64,000 nt of DNA, taken from positions 19,346,001-19,410,000 of the forward strand of contig OZ076409.1 of assembly GCA_964187785.1 (NCBI GenBank). The letters run 5' to 3'. The notes below the pieces were generated by a model. The model was given only the letters and a program-made list of their open reading frames with translations. It had not been told where the DNA came from and did no database searches. The DNA is from Amphiscolops sp. MND2022 (taxonomy: Eukaryota). Each line of letters starts with the position of its first letter. Within the stretch, counting starts at the first letter, position 1. Of the stretch, positions 1 to 12,175 are shown piece after piece. Position numbers and translations under genes: made by a program.

Positions 1-2717
1 GGATTCAGCAGATAATGGAAAATAAGTAAGAAAGTTGTTAAACTTGATAAAACGCTGTTATCAATTGTGTGCTTCTCGTTTCGAAGGTACTGCTTTTCCC
101 GTTATTTTTTCTTCTCGTTCAACATGCAAGCCATTTGAACAAATTCAGGGTCTGTATCAGAGCGGTTCCTTTGTACACATCAATCAAGGACTTGTCAAAG
201 TGTCAAGGGTACTGGTTTAAAGCCCATAACATCATCCTCGTCCAAAAAACGAGTGGTTTGCTCTGGGTTGAATTAGCTGGAAGCTGAAGAAGAAAAGGAG
301 AAAAAACTGTGTCTGGTCATAAAGGAGCTAGCACTGCTTTGGCTGTTTCTAATTCTTGGCTTCTTGTTGCGTTACTTTTGTTCTGCCGGTGCTGTTGCTG
401 GAACAGAGAGACGACAAATGAAAAAAGGTATTAAATAACTCTCAACACAACACGCATATAAATATGGAAGAAAGCAAAATGGAAAATTCGATTCAAAAGG
501 TTATTAAATTCCGTCCAATTCCAGTTTCAAATCTCAAGGGGCCAAGAAACAAGAATTGAAAATGCTGAGGCTACATGCAAATTGTATTATTACCGCGCAA
601 CAAACTTAATTCACCAAGGGCTATTTTGACTCGTATAGTCGAGATGCAATGTCGAACAGAAAGACGTTAAATATTAGATTCCCCTCCTTGCTAACCCAAC
701 AAGCCTGAATCTTGTTCCAGCTCCTATACCCCAAACCCCTCCCCTAGGAATTGTTTCTCCCTCTATGACACGACACACCGACCCCCCTTAACATTTCTCA
801 CCCCAAACCCCAATTAACGCACACTTCAAAAACTGTGTAAAATTTAAATCAGTGTCAATGTCGCAATGACTAACGTTCCATATAACTATTCTACGTCATC
901 CAATGAACCAACAACCCCCCTCCAAAAAATCACCACCCATCTAATTCGTGAAAGAGTAGCACCCAAATCCAATCAAGTACCTGGCTCTCTCAAATTACCC
1001 ACCATCTCTGCCTACCTGCCTTTCCCAGGACCCTTGGGATCGACATGCACTTCTTACCCTCACAAGACGCCTCTTAAACTGGTTAACCTCAAGAAAGCCA
1101 ATTTACCTTCCATCAGAGCTGTGAATGAAATGCGCTGTTTGCATTTTTCCCATTAAATGAAGTCTTTTATGAATGTTAAATAAGGTTTCTGCTGAGGAGA
1201 AAAGCAGTTACGTAATAATTGCAACAATTGCGGCCACGCATTAATTTTTCATCAAATCCCTTGTGAACAAATACAGGGCTTCCTGCATTTCAAATGGAAG
1301 TAATATCCCGGAAAATAATAAAGATGAAGCATTGCAAAAAACGAAGTAAAAATTTTTGACTTTTCTTATTTTTTTTTCAATTTCGCTACGGGTTATTTTT
1401 CTGTGTCACAAGCCCAATATTGCGCAATACGCGTTGATTTCTTGAACTCTTCTTACACAGGAGATATATAAAGGTTTACAAGACTGCGAGTAATTCAATT
1501 AAGGAACTCGCGAAATGTTGAAATTCATTTTGACACACTTTTGAGCCTGTATTTTCATTCACATGTCAAGAAAGCCAATTAAAAGTAACACGTGATCGAG
1601 CCAGCTAGCAAAAATTACATAGCTACTCAACTTCCTGTTACTAGAAAGGCTTTATTTATAAGCTTAGTAATTAATAATATAGAGAAACAAGGATCACAGA
1701 ATAAGTTGTTTGATACATTGCGCCTCCTCATAGAACTGTTTCCTTTCAGAAGATTACAACATTTTTTCAATATGAACAAAGTCTTTGTTCAGTCGCGGTT
1801 GAATAACTATGCCAACGCTACTTTAAGGCCAAGTTCCTTCCGTCTCGTGGTCATTTGTTCTAAACAAATGTTATGTCACTTCCAGCAAAATTCTACCTCA
1901 TGCTGTATTAGAACCATAACTTGCAATAAGATGACAGGATGTTACTCAAAACAACATCTAAAATTAGAATTTCCTCCCTACTGTGTAAAGTTTGGAATTA
2001 CAATAAAAAATTGTACTGATAAGCAAGTGTCTTCAAATTTGATGAAAGAAACGTGCAACTTCGGTTTCTGCAAAGTCTGTTTTGACGATTTCAGATCTTA
2101 TATGACTCAATTTTTCAGTCTACAAAAACAATTGTCTGCTTCTGACATGAATCTCCTTGTTAAAATCTGAGTCATAATCTCAGGCAATTCGAAATACCCT
2201 GGAAAGCAAATCAAAACATTGGTTGTATGACACGGCCTAAATCTTTATGAGGCGCTAGAGGTATGTGACCGTTGCTAATCAAAACTTCATTTTCCCCAAA
2301 GTTTACTGCTCGGAAAAATTCCGTTCCAGCGGATATGACGTTGCTTATTGTGAATATTTTCGGAGCTCTTTCTTCGGACGTTGTGTTTTAAACCGATTTG
2401 AACCGTTTCGAACTCAACGCGTCAAAAACTAATGTCAAAATTAAAGGACAAGAAACTGGGCAGAAATTAGTTCGTCGTGATTAGGAACTAACTCATCGCA
2501 AAAGTTGACAATTAGATATTGATAACACATCACAAAAGCGTTTCTTCTAAATTTCCTACAACCAAATTGCTTTCCAAGAGAACCTGTCTCGGGTTGATCA
2601 ACACTAAACTGAAAGCACTAACTAGAGTTTTATGCATGATGACTTTTCTAGTTGTATTATTGCTTGAAATTCGTTAACTTTAAAGTTCACAATGTAATAT
2701 TGTTTGTAGTTTTTTTT

Positions 2718-3195
2718 AAACAACCCGGAAACGGCATAAGTCGAGGCCATATCTAAAGCTCAAAAATAGCAAAACTATTTGGACTTCAAAGTGTCAAAGT
2801 CTTCTCTTCTACAGTACCCGAAAAACCCAAAAGTTAAACCCAATTGGCGCCCCAGGAAGGACGCTCTGAGATCTTTCATCCATTCTGTCGCAAATCATCA
2901 AAACAATTGAAGGGGACCCTTTGGGGAAATATTTTTTGCGAAAAATAGGTCTCAAAATGCCGAAAAACTGAAAGGGGAACCCTTTAGTCTCCCCCAGTTT
3001 TATATGTTACGCGGAAAAAAAAGAAAAACTTTTTTGGTTCAGTTCCCTGGGCCAACAGAAACAATTTAAAATTTTGTAGAATTTTTAGAAGAATTTTAGA
3101 ACTATTTTGGTCACTTCAGGTATATCGAAAAAAACACTGACGAAATTCTCTGATTATAGTTGACTCTTTTCTTAAGAAAAGCGCCGACTAAAAAA
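2718..3195 (-). mobile_element. Non-autonomous Helentron/HINE-like element, near full-length copy
   Basis: Reverse-orientation homologue of 55981-56552. It has the T-run plus subterminal inverted repeat (GCGCCGACTAAAAA at 3181-3195 on +) and a degenerate partner repeat and hairpin at 2718-2748. Confidence 0.7.
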
Positions 3196-3199
3196 CAGG

Positions 3200-3541
3200 A
3201 AGGGGAGACCCTTTGGAAGGTTAAAAGATTTTCAAGAAGAAAACGAAGAACGATAATTCTGAACAGTCTCTTAGTGCCTCGAAAAAAGTGCCTCGTGTCA
3301 AAATTTTCGAAAAAAGTGTCAAAGTCCCAAAAAATGGGACTCCCTAGTCTCGCCCGGTATTGCATGTTACGCAGCGAAAAAGTAAAGACTTTTAGAGTTC
3401 AGTTGCTTGAGCCAAATTGTCCAATTTGGCCGCTTAAAATTTCGAAGAATTTTGTTGAACTATTTTGATCAGTTCGTGTGGAATGAAAAAAAAGAATCAC
3501 GATTATAGTCGCGTTACGCTTCATGAAGAGCAGACTAAAAA
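3200..3541 (-). mobile_element. Partial tandem copy of the same HINE-like element
   Basis: Shares TAGTCTCGCCCGGTATTG..TGTTACGC, GAACTATTTTG and the terminal TTCATGAAGAGCAGACTAAAA with neighbouring copies. Confidence 0.65.
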
Positions 3542-3737
3542 TGGACTTCGTCGTCGGAACTCTACCGCAAACACCGTTTTTCACCATATGATGCCGATTT
3601 CTAGTACCAGGCCAGACAACCAGCCTTTGGATAAACAAGCTGTAATTGCTGTTATTTTTGAGTTTTTCACAGTTTGTGAAGGTTGCTAAGAACTTTTGTT
3701 ATGAATTTTTGAGAATTCAACAAAACATTCACCAGAA

Positions 3738-4170
3738 AAAAATAGCAAAAGGATATCAAAGTGTCAAAAAACTCAAAGTATCAAACTCACAACAAGAGAA
3801 AACACTTTCGAAAATCCCAAACGACCGAAGGGGTGCACGCTAAAAGGGGGACCTTTTCGGACTTTTTACCATCCATTGTTGCAGAACATCAAAAAACTGA
3901 AGGAGGGACCCTTCGGGGAAAACAATTTTCGCAAAAAAAGTCCCACAATGCCGAAAAAACAGAAAGGGGACGGACCCTTTAGTCTCGCCCGGTATTGTTA
4001 CGCGGAAAATAGGAAAAACTTATTTAGTACAGTCCTTTTGGCCAAATGGTTCAATTTGACACCATAAATTTTCGTAGAACTTTGTAGAACTTTTTTGGTT
4101 ATTTCGTATGGATTGAAAAAATAGTCACTATAATAGTCGCATTTCACTTCATGAAGCGCTGACTTAAAAT
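3738..4170 (-). mobile_element. Third copy of the HINE-like element
   Basis: Same internal motifs (AAAATAGCAAAA..AAAGTGTCAAA, CCATT.TGT.GCA.A.CATCAAAA, CCCTTTAGTCTCGCCCGG) and the same terminus (TAGTCGC..TTCATGAAGCGCTGACTTAAAA). Confidence 0.65.
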
Positions 4171-7001
4171 TACCCTGCAAGCAGGCCTGCAGCATGTAAA
4201 AAATTCCAGTAATCTTGACTAGCATAGACACAAGTCAAAAATGCTTAATTCGTAAAACCTGGGTCAAAACAGAGTGATTCAATTCCCGTAATTTTCTTTC
4301 GATATCATATGTCATATGCCAAAACGAAAAGTATTATCGTTATTTTGATGAAAATTTGAAACACCTCCTTGTATCAAAAGATATCAACTTTTTTCAATTT
4401 TTGGTCTGCGGTATTAGCTGTCTAGAACTTTTGGTGCCGACACCGAACTCTCACGTATGTTACAACTTATTGTCTCAAGAAACAAAAATATGTTGTCTTA
4501 AATAGTTGCTCAAGGTTTTGTTGATAACCTTTTTCCAGGTGTAAACTTTACAAATTCAACTCTTGAAACCTTTTCAGCTCCCTAGATGAAATTATGAACT
4601 ACTGCAGTGTAAAAAGTCTATATGTTTGCCATTATGTCTCGTGAAAAATCGACTAACCGAAAATGAGTAGTTGCTTTTTAAACTCTGGTTGATAAATTCA
4701 AAAGAACCTCTCATAAAAATCCAAAAGCCAATGCGATACGGTTTGAGCAATTCAACCGAAGCAAACGTTCGGTTCTAATTGGGATCCATTGTTCACTTCA
4801 GTTCGCTAATCGACCCAAAAGTCTCTCTAAGCAAGTCGTGTTCTGATTGTGATGAAATGCAAGTTTTTATAATTTTCAAACATAGAAAAAAGTGACTGAA
4901 AATAATGATAATTTGGGAGTAAATCGCGTGCTCATAAACAAAAGGCTGCTCAATTTTCTTTCTTCCTCGTAAAACGAATAATTTGAGCTTTTGAACTAAT
5001 CATCTCTAGTATTCTAATCTTTGCCTGAAAGGCACTTGTGGGTTTAAGAGTATCATTATTGTTCTCTGTTGCAATCAAATGAGTAGGTTGTTGGCGCATT
5101 TTTTAAAATTAGTCCATTGGTGATTCTGTTTTAGCCCTGAATGGAACATGGTACGATTTCGTACCAGTTAGTTTCTGCAAACTTCTAAAAGCACCAGCTG
5201 AATGTATGGTGAAAAAACTCTTGAATAAGATTTTTAAACGATATAACAGCATTGCACGCCTTTTCACGGAATAATGACATGATGTCTCCGAAATCAAGAA
5301 AACGGGACCAAAAAATCAAAAAAAATTGAGCGCAGATTTTCCGTTTTTCCCGTTTTTGTTTGTGGCCACTCTATCCCACTGCTATCAAGATTGGGTCAAA
5401 GTGGACCTAGCATGCTTTGAAACATGCTGAAATGCAATCAGAGACACGAGGCGTGCAAAGTTTTGACGCAAAGCCCGGCCCAACGGTTAAGAAACCAGTT
5501 TGAAAGTCCTGATTGTCTTCTTGTCCTGATTGTCGAACGCGCTATAAATCGTTTGCCGGACTCGAATAGTAAAGGAGATATTGCGGTTTAAAGTTGAGGC
5601 ACCAGATGTTCGGAATTTTCCTAGTTCATTTAGGGTTAATACTGATCGCTAACTTTTGATCAAAACAACCACAACGATTTTTGATTAACCCCTGTCATTT
5701 AGTGGCACAGTGGCGACTACCACTTGGGTATATTTAAATAAAACTTACCCAATTCAAAATAACTAAAGATATAGTCGATCGAAAACTGTACCCAGTAATG
5801 GAAACTAAGCGTGAGATAACTTTGAAAGTTTCAGTCAACAAGAATTGTAAATTCTAGCTACATGGTTTTGAATAGCGATTCCATGTGGAAAACTGCAGGA
5901 ACATTGTTAAAATGTTGTTCAACCTTATCTCGAGGAGAAACTTTTTGAATTCCAAGAGAGTAGTATTGCTCCTCCGTAAAAATGATACTTTCGGCATATT
6001 TACTTTTGTCGACTTTTTATATTAACCATGACTTCGCAATGGCGCCGAACTTATACAGCTAAGTTAGGTTCTAGTTCTAGTTTCTCATACAGGCAATAAA
6101 TAGAGTTTAGAAAGATCTTTTGAATTAATTTCCGTTTTTCCTGTTCATCGTCGCCTCAAGAAAATGAAAAATGGTGTCTATTATCGTGACTTGAGTTTTT
6201 CATTCAGTTTTAACGCTCAATAAGGCTTTGCTGGTAAGGCAAAGAAAAAAGGCACATTGGGGAAGAAATCTTAAAGTATAATTAATTTGATCAATAAAAG
6301 TTATAAAGATGCAGAAAAAATTCTCATAACTGAATATTTTAAACATTTGAAAAATTAAAGATTCGACCGTTTTCCGAACCTCTTTAGTAAATACTTTGAA
6401 TATTTTTTATTACCCAAAAATTTTTACTGGAAAGTCAAATTAACTGAATTATCAAGCTAAAAGCACGGTAAGTCAACAGAAGTCAACTGAAGGAATAAAC
6501 GTACAATACAGATGTTGAGTTCATAAATATTAAATTATGAAAACAGTCTGCACTAACTAAGGACCCGTCCCTTTCTTTACAATACTAATTCCGGAGTCGC
6601 AAACATCACTTCGGTTTTGTGTTTCTAATTTCTGCTTTCCTAGATGCGTTGGCGGCGATTCTCAGTGGATGCATAGCAACGCGTGCCGTTAGTCTGTTTA
6701 ATAATTAAATACAACTACCTCGGGGTTATATTAATTATTAATGGATGTCTGAAATTGGCAGGTACCCTGCAGCGCCCAAATCCACTAAGCTGTAGTTATC
6801 GTGCTTCACAGAGTTTTGACGCACCAATCGATGAAAGAAGCAGAATATTGTGTAATGTAAAAGTTACTTAAGTTCTCTTTGGGTAACACTTTTCACGAGT
6901 AGGTTTATTGGCGAATGTAAACTTTGGAAACTCACAAGCAGTAATTTTTAACTTAGATGAGAAAGTTTGATCGAAGATTATGCAGATTTACAGGTTATGT
7001 A

Positions 7002-7601
7002 TCCTCGACAGTACACCGAGAAGTCAAAAAATTGACAAAATTTTAGCAATTTTTTTTCAAAGCTTCATTTCTCCACAAATAATAGCCGCAGCTCCAATCG
7101 GTTTTCTGTTACTGAAAGCCCTTTACCTAAGCTTTCAAATGCCACTAGTTAGGTCGCGAGTTGGCGCCACTTGTTGGGGTAAGAGCGCCACCCCGGCAGC
7201 TCGGGCCCGGCTGCGCCGGGCCTTTCAAATATCGGTTGAACTCATAACTGAAGCTTCATTAAAAAAAACTTCTATATGCGTTTTCAATAGTGGCAAGCTG
7301 TGTTACTAGAGTGGGACAGTAACGTAGCAAACAGTCGCTCAGTTATTGAGAAAAAACGAATTTTTCTGAAATGTACTTTTTTTGCAATTTTTCACTTTTT
7401 TTCAGTTACGGTTCCAGTGGCTCGGAAAAAAATCTATATTGACACAAATAACAATTCACACCAGATAGTCCAATAGATTGTCAATAAGAAAGACAATTTT
7501 TCGTTTTCCTCTTTTCCTCTATGCTTTTTACGTGTCGTAAATTATTATTGATTGCGAAAAAAATCGCTGTCCTCATTTGAGGGCGATATCACTGTCGAGG
7601 G
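7002..7601. mobile_element. MITE with short TIRs and TA flanks (Tc1/mariner-like)
   Basis: TA|TCCTCGACAGT ... ACTGTCGAGGG|TA, non-coding interior. Confidence 0.55.
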
Positions 7602-9222
7602 TACGGCTTTCCATGCAAGATTCATGGCTTCGCGGAGAATCCTTGCATGATCAAAAAGATCCATGCTTGATTCATGGATGAAAAGCCATTATACCAAACA
7701 ACATCATTAAAGGAACCCCTTTAGTTCAACTTATCAATTTTTCAGCGTTATCAATTTTCAACAAAATATTAAATGCTCAAAAAAACATAAATTGTCATTT
7801 ATTTTGGCATTAGTGATCCCGGTAGTCATGGCACACTTTACAGAGGCCAAGACTGGGCACGGTTGGAGAAGCTACACAGTCTGGTTCGCAACAGTTAAAT
7901 GTTCAGTAAAACGAGGAACTTATTTTGTCTTTACTGGATCTATAATGGGTTTTTCTTTGCCAAAAACTTTGATCGCTCCATATAGAGACTCGTTTTTTCA
8001 ATCTTGACCCGAAAATCAAACTGAACATGCCTGGAAAATTGCTTAATAAAAAAGAAGTTAATCCTAAATTGAGCATTTTTGGATTATTCATCTGAAAACT
8101 GCTCAGAATGAAAGTTTGAACAGATTCTACAGAGGCGGCAAATCCAGTAATTCCAGATCTTGTTCCACAAGAATACTGAACTTTTAGGTATAATTCCACG
8201 TGAGTACAATGATTTTAGATATTTTTTCATCAGAAAAACGATTTTATTTTCCGGCCACAATACAGGGACTTCAGGGGCTCCTTATCATACATTCAACCTA
8301 AGAAGTTGCTTCAAGAAACGCCGTGCGAAGAAGTGTCTCAATGCTACCCTGGGTGATGAATGTAACTTTCTTTTCAGGTAAAATTGGATTAGAGCATTGA
8401 ATTCTTAATAGAATTTTACCTATTTGCTTTTATTAAAGATTTGCTAAATCTTGAACCGATACGTAATCAAAACATTACCCAAAAAATTCTAACGAAACTT
8501 TCAGATCCGAAAACTTACCACCGATGATCCACTGGTGGCCACCAGCTGTGGTTTAACTAGCGAAAAAGTGGCCACCTGTGTAAGGTCCGGTCCTGTGGTT
8601 TAATTATGAAATTCTCTGGGACACCAAACGAAAGGAAATTTCTTCCAATACTGATGAACTATGAATGAATAGCAGTAAATTAGTAGTAGCAATGATGGCC
8701 TATCTGGGTAAACTCTCTATGAGTGAAAGATGCATAAATGCGTATAAAGCTGATGGAATCATAGTGAGGTTATGAAGATTTTGAAAAGAATTCAAAAATA
8801 TCAATTAATTTTGTCACTAGATTCATGAGTATCATCGCAAAACAAAACAGGGAGAGTTTGCTTCATTTATCCCTAAAAAACGTTAGACACATTGATAAGA
8901 AATTACAATTGAAAAGAGACATGGATTTAAGGAAGCTACTCGCTAAATTTGATAGTTATTTTGGTGATCGTTGGCAATATGTATCCGCAGTTTGAGAAAT
9001 CAGAGGAGTGTGAGAAATCTCAAGGACTTGTTTGGGGTACCTTCCTTTCCTTTTATTATTTTCCGACCCCACATTTTATAAATGGGGGAGGAAAATCATG
9101 ATCTGTGACGCGTTTTTTTTCCAAAATTTGCCAAATCTCCACAATCTCCATCTTTTGATTACTTGACTATTTTATATAGCTACTAGTAACTAAAATAGTC
9201 AAGTAACTAAAATAGCATACAG

Positions 9223-9369
9223 CGGGAATAATATCTAGAGTCAAAAAAGGGAATAAGATCTAAAGGGAATAAGATCTAAAATTTCAGGGCGGGAATAAGA
9301 TCTAAAAGGAATAAGATCTAAAATCACTAAATTTTAGATGTTATTCTTTAGATCCTATTCCCCTCTCCC
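9223..9369. repeat. Short array of GGGAATAAGATCTAAA units with inverted copies at the right end (foldback-type MITE remnant)
   Basis: About five direct units followed by TTTAGATGTTATTC / TTTAGATCCTATTCCC in inverted orientation. Confidence 0.55.
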
Positions 9370-9375
9370 AAAATA

Positions 9376-9450
9376 GCTATGGCTCAGTTGGCGAAAGCGA
9401 ACAGGGCAAAAAATATCCCGTTGCTTAGCGGGCGTCTTGTTGACCTACAA
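9376..9450 (+). repeat. Dispersed repeat with an A-box-like head (possible SINE); inverted relative at ~57595-57648
   Basis: TGGCTCAGTTGG head. AAAATATCCCGTTGCTTAGCGGGCGTCTTGTTGA matches the reverse complement of TCAACAAGACGCCCGCTGAGCAGCGAGATATTTT. Confidence 0.4.
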
Positions 9451-10067
9451 ACAATACCGAATCTTCATAACAGTAGTGTCATTGCCCGAGTTGAAGCTCC
9501 CGGAAAGTTTTCCATGTTGCATCCATGCAAGCATTCTAAATTTTTGATAAACATAGAAAATACTCAGAGCACGCATGGAGAAATTTTATAGGATTACAAT
9601 GCAGCTTCCACTATTTCAATTAAAACTGAAAACATTTCCATTTCTTCACCGCCGCGATCATTTTGTTTTCACGCGTAAGTTTCTCAAGTAAGTACCTTAT
9701 GTGATCACCGTTAATCAAATAGTACGCTGAATATGACGCTACTTTGAAACTTATAATGTGACTGAAGTTTGTTTGCATTGATGAAGGTAAAATTGATGAA
9801 GGTCTTAGCTACTTTTAAAATTAGAGCCGCTGCTTGATGAAACCTGCAAAACGTCGCGGCTGGCAATTGCCGCCAATTTTAGGATGCATCTTTAAGGCAG
9901 CTTGATAAAATCAAATTGAATCAGTGAAATTTTAATGCATGGAAGTCTCCTTGAGAATTTTATAAAATCATGAAAAATTAGCTTGGTAACCTACAAAAAC
10001 TTGTAAAAAGTTCAAGCAGTTTCAACCAGGGTGGCGAACATTACTTTCTGATTATTCTGGATGACAA

Positions 10068-10880
10068 TTGTCATCCAGAATAGTCAGAAAGTAATGTTCG
10101 CCAATGACACTACTGTTATGAAGATTCGGTTATGAAGATTCGGTAGGTGAAAAAGACTGACCCTATGGTGTCTCGTGTTTGATTGGAATTGACTGCATAA
10201 TTTAGATTGCGAATACTGACATTTATTACAAATGAACGTAAAGCGTTATCATTCGCTCCGGTAAATGCCGAAAAAACTTGTTCAATGAAGTATTGATGGA
10301 ACAAACTTGTATAAGTATTTAGGATTAAATCTGGTTAAGTGTTCAAGCTAAGAGTATATATTCATTTTTTCGCTGAGAAACTGCATGCAAATATTACAAT
10401 TTGTTAGCACATGGATCCGCACCGAAGACGAAACTGAACAAAAAAGAAAATTCTCGAAGGTTAAATCTGTGGAGCTTCTTCTGCCAACTTTTCAAGCAAA
10501 AGCATACTGAGGGTCATCTAAAACACTTTGGAGAACCAACTTTTGCCAAATGCAAACTATTACACGCCATGAACCAGAATTATCCATTGTTCCATTGACA
10601 GCGGCACGTTGACTACGAGAAAATCGTCCAAAAACATTCATCGTAAAGCGTATAATTGGTTGAAATTAGTTTCGCACAAGTGAGACGCTATATGGCAAAA
10701 CATTCGGATAACAAACCGATTTTTTAAAGATTTTATTCTCGGATTATATTTGGTCAAAAATGGACTCAAACTTTCTTCCCGAATGGGAAGGCTAGAGGAG
10801 CAATTATGCTCTTTCTTATTGTTATAGTATAATTGTTATTCGAATACATAGTTATTTATTGTCTTTCATCTTCTAAATGG
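10068..10880 (+). pseudogene. Decayed 5'-truncated copy of a LINE related to 12176-13841
   Basis: Colinear DNA similarity to the RT ORF: GTAATGTTCGCCAATGACACTAC ~ (V)MFADDT; AAGTATTTAGGA ~ KYLG; CATGGATCCGCACCGAAGACG ~ YGSAAKT; AAAGCGTATAATTGGTTGAA ~ KAFNWLK. A degenerate GAGCA..TGCTC 3' hairpin lies near 10800. Many stops and indels. Confidence 0.7.
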
Positions 10881-12175
10881 AGAGAGGTTTTTTATCGGAA
10901 ACAAAAACATGTACAATTTGGTGTCGGTAAAGTGTTTTTGTTCCGGTTTTCAAACCTAAGTTAGGTTCAAGAAGATTCGTTCCTTTGTTCAAAACGTCAA
11001 CTGTGTCATGTCAATTGATACAGAGTACATGTATGGCGTAGAGTACTTTAGACGTATGAAAGATATGCGAGTATGTGATGAAAGGTATCAAATAACAATT
11101 TCAACACAGTGTTTCTTATTTGCTTGCAACGATGATAAAGATTTTCTTCACTATGTTCTTTTAGTTTCTCGTGCGCTTATCCTTCATTTTTTTATAAAAA
11201 AGTTCACAGGAAATGTTTTTACAACTTACCTTACCACTGGTTTTTCAGATGGTTTTCTTAGGCGGAGTTTCTACCCTATAATAATGTTATTTAACAAGGT
11301 AGAGCAGCTGTATGTATTTATGTATTGCCATCAAGGATTGTTCCGATGAAAAAGCCCAAAATCGGCTTTGCTGTTTGTGAAAAATAAATTTTATTCCAAG
11401 CTTTGAAAATGATGTTTAATCTAAAATATCACAATTCAAGAAAAAAAAGTTTAATTGTATTTTTCAATTTTGTGCAGTATTTTTTTCTGATATAAAGAGG
11501 CGTTTCCCTAGTTCAAGTTTAATGCATGTACCAGAGTTTCACTAAAGCAGCGGATTCGTTTGTGCTGAATTGCATGTTATCAGACTATTATTCAGTATAG
11601 TCTATACAGACATGTGATGCAAAAAAACTGAAAATAGATAGTTTTTTTTATAACCGCAAACATTATTCATTATACGTGTACGACAGTTATTTCAAGCAGT
11701 AGAAGCCAATTTTTAAATTGAAATCTGATTGAAACTTTTATTGAGATACATTTTATCAAATTTTGGAACAGCTTTCAACTTTTGATGAAATCAACGAAAT
11801 TATGTTTGGTAGATCAAAATTCAACTGTTATTTACCTAAATATCGCTTCTAGAAAAATTCCTCTTTATAAAATTTTTTTCAGTTTCTTCGACGCCCTGTA
11901 GTGTAGTCCAGAGATATTAAAAGGTTAAATGCAATTAACCAATCGCGTTTTTTTAACATTCTAGGGATCAACTAAACTATTTTTGCTATTTGAATTGATC
12001 AAATGACTCAATTGGAATTATTTCGAATTTTTAAAAAAGTGGAAAACGTAAATTCATCAATAACAATCAACTTATTTCGATTTGCTACTCATCGCCATTC
12101 GGACTGTTTTTTTCGACTTATATTCAGATACGAACTGAAATTGAAACGTTAAGAATAAGAGTGAATAAAGAGTAA

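Noticed and set aside
1592..2170. 192-aa ORF
   Set aside because: GTG start, no recognisable motif, composition like background; cannot be supported as a gene.
9824..9862. Hammerhead-like GCCGC..CTTGATGA..AAAACGTC GCGGC
   Set aside because: Core deviates from CUGAnGA/GAAA and stem II does not pair.
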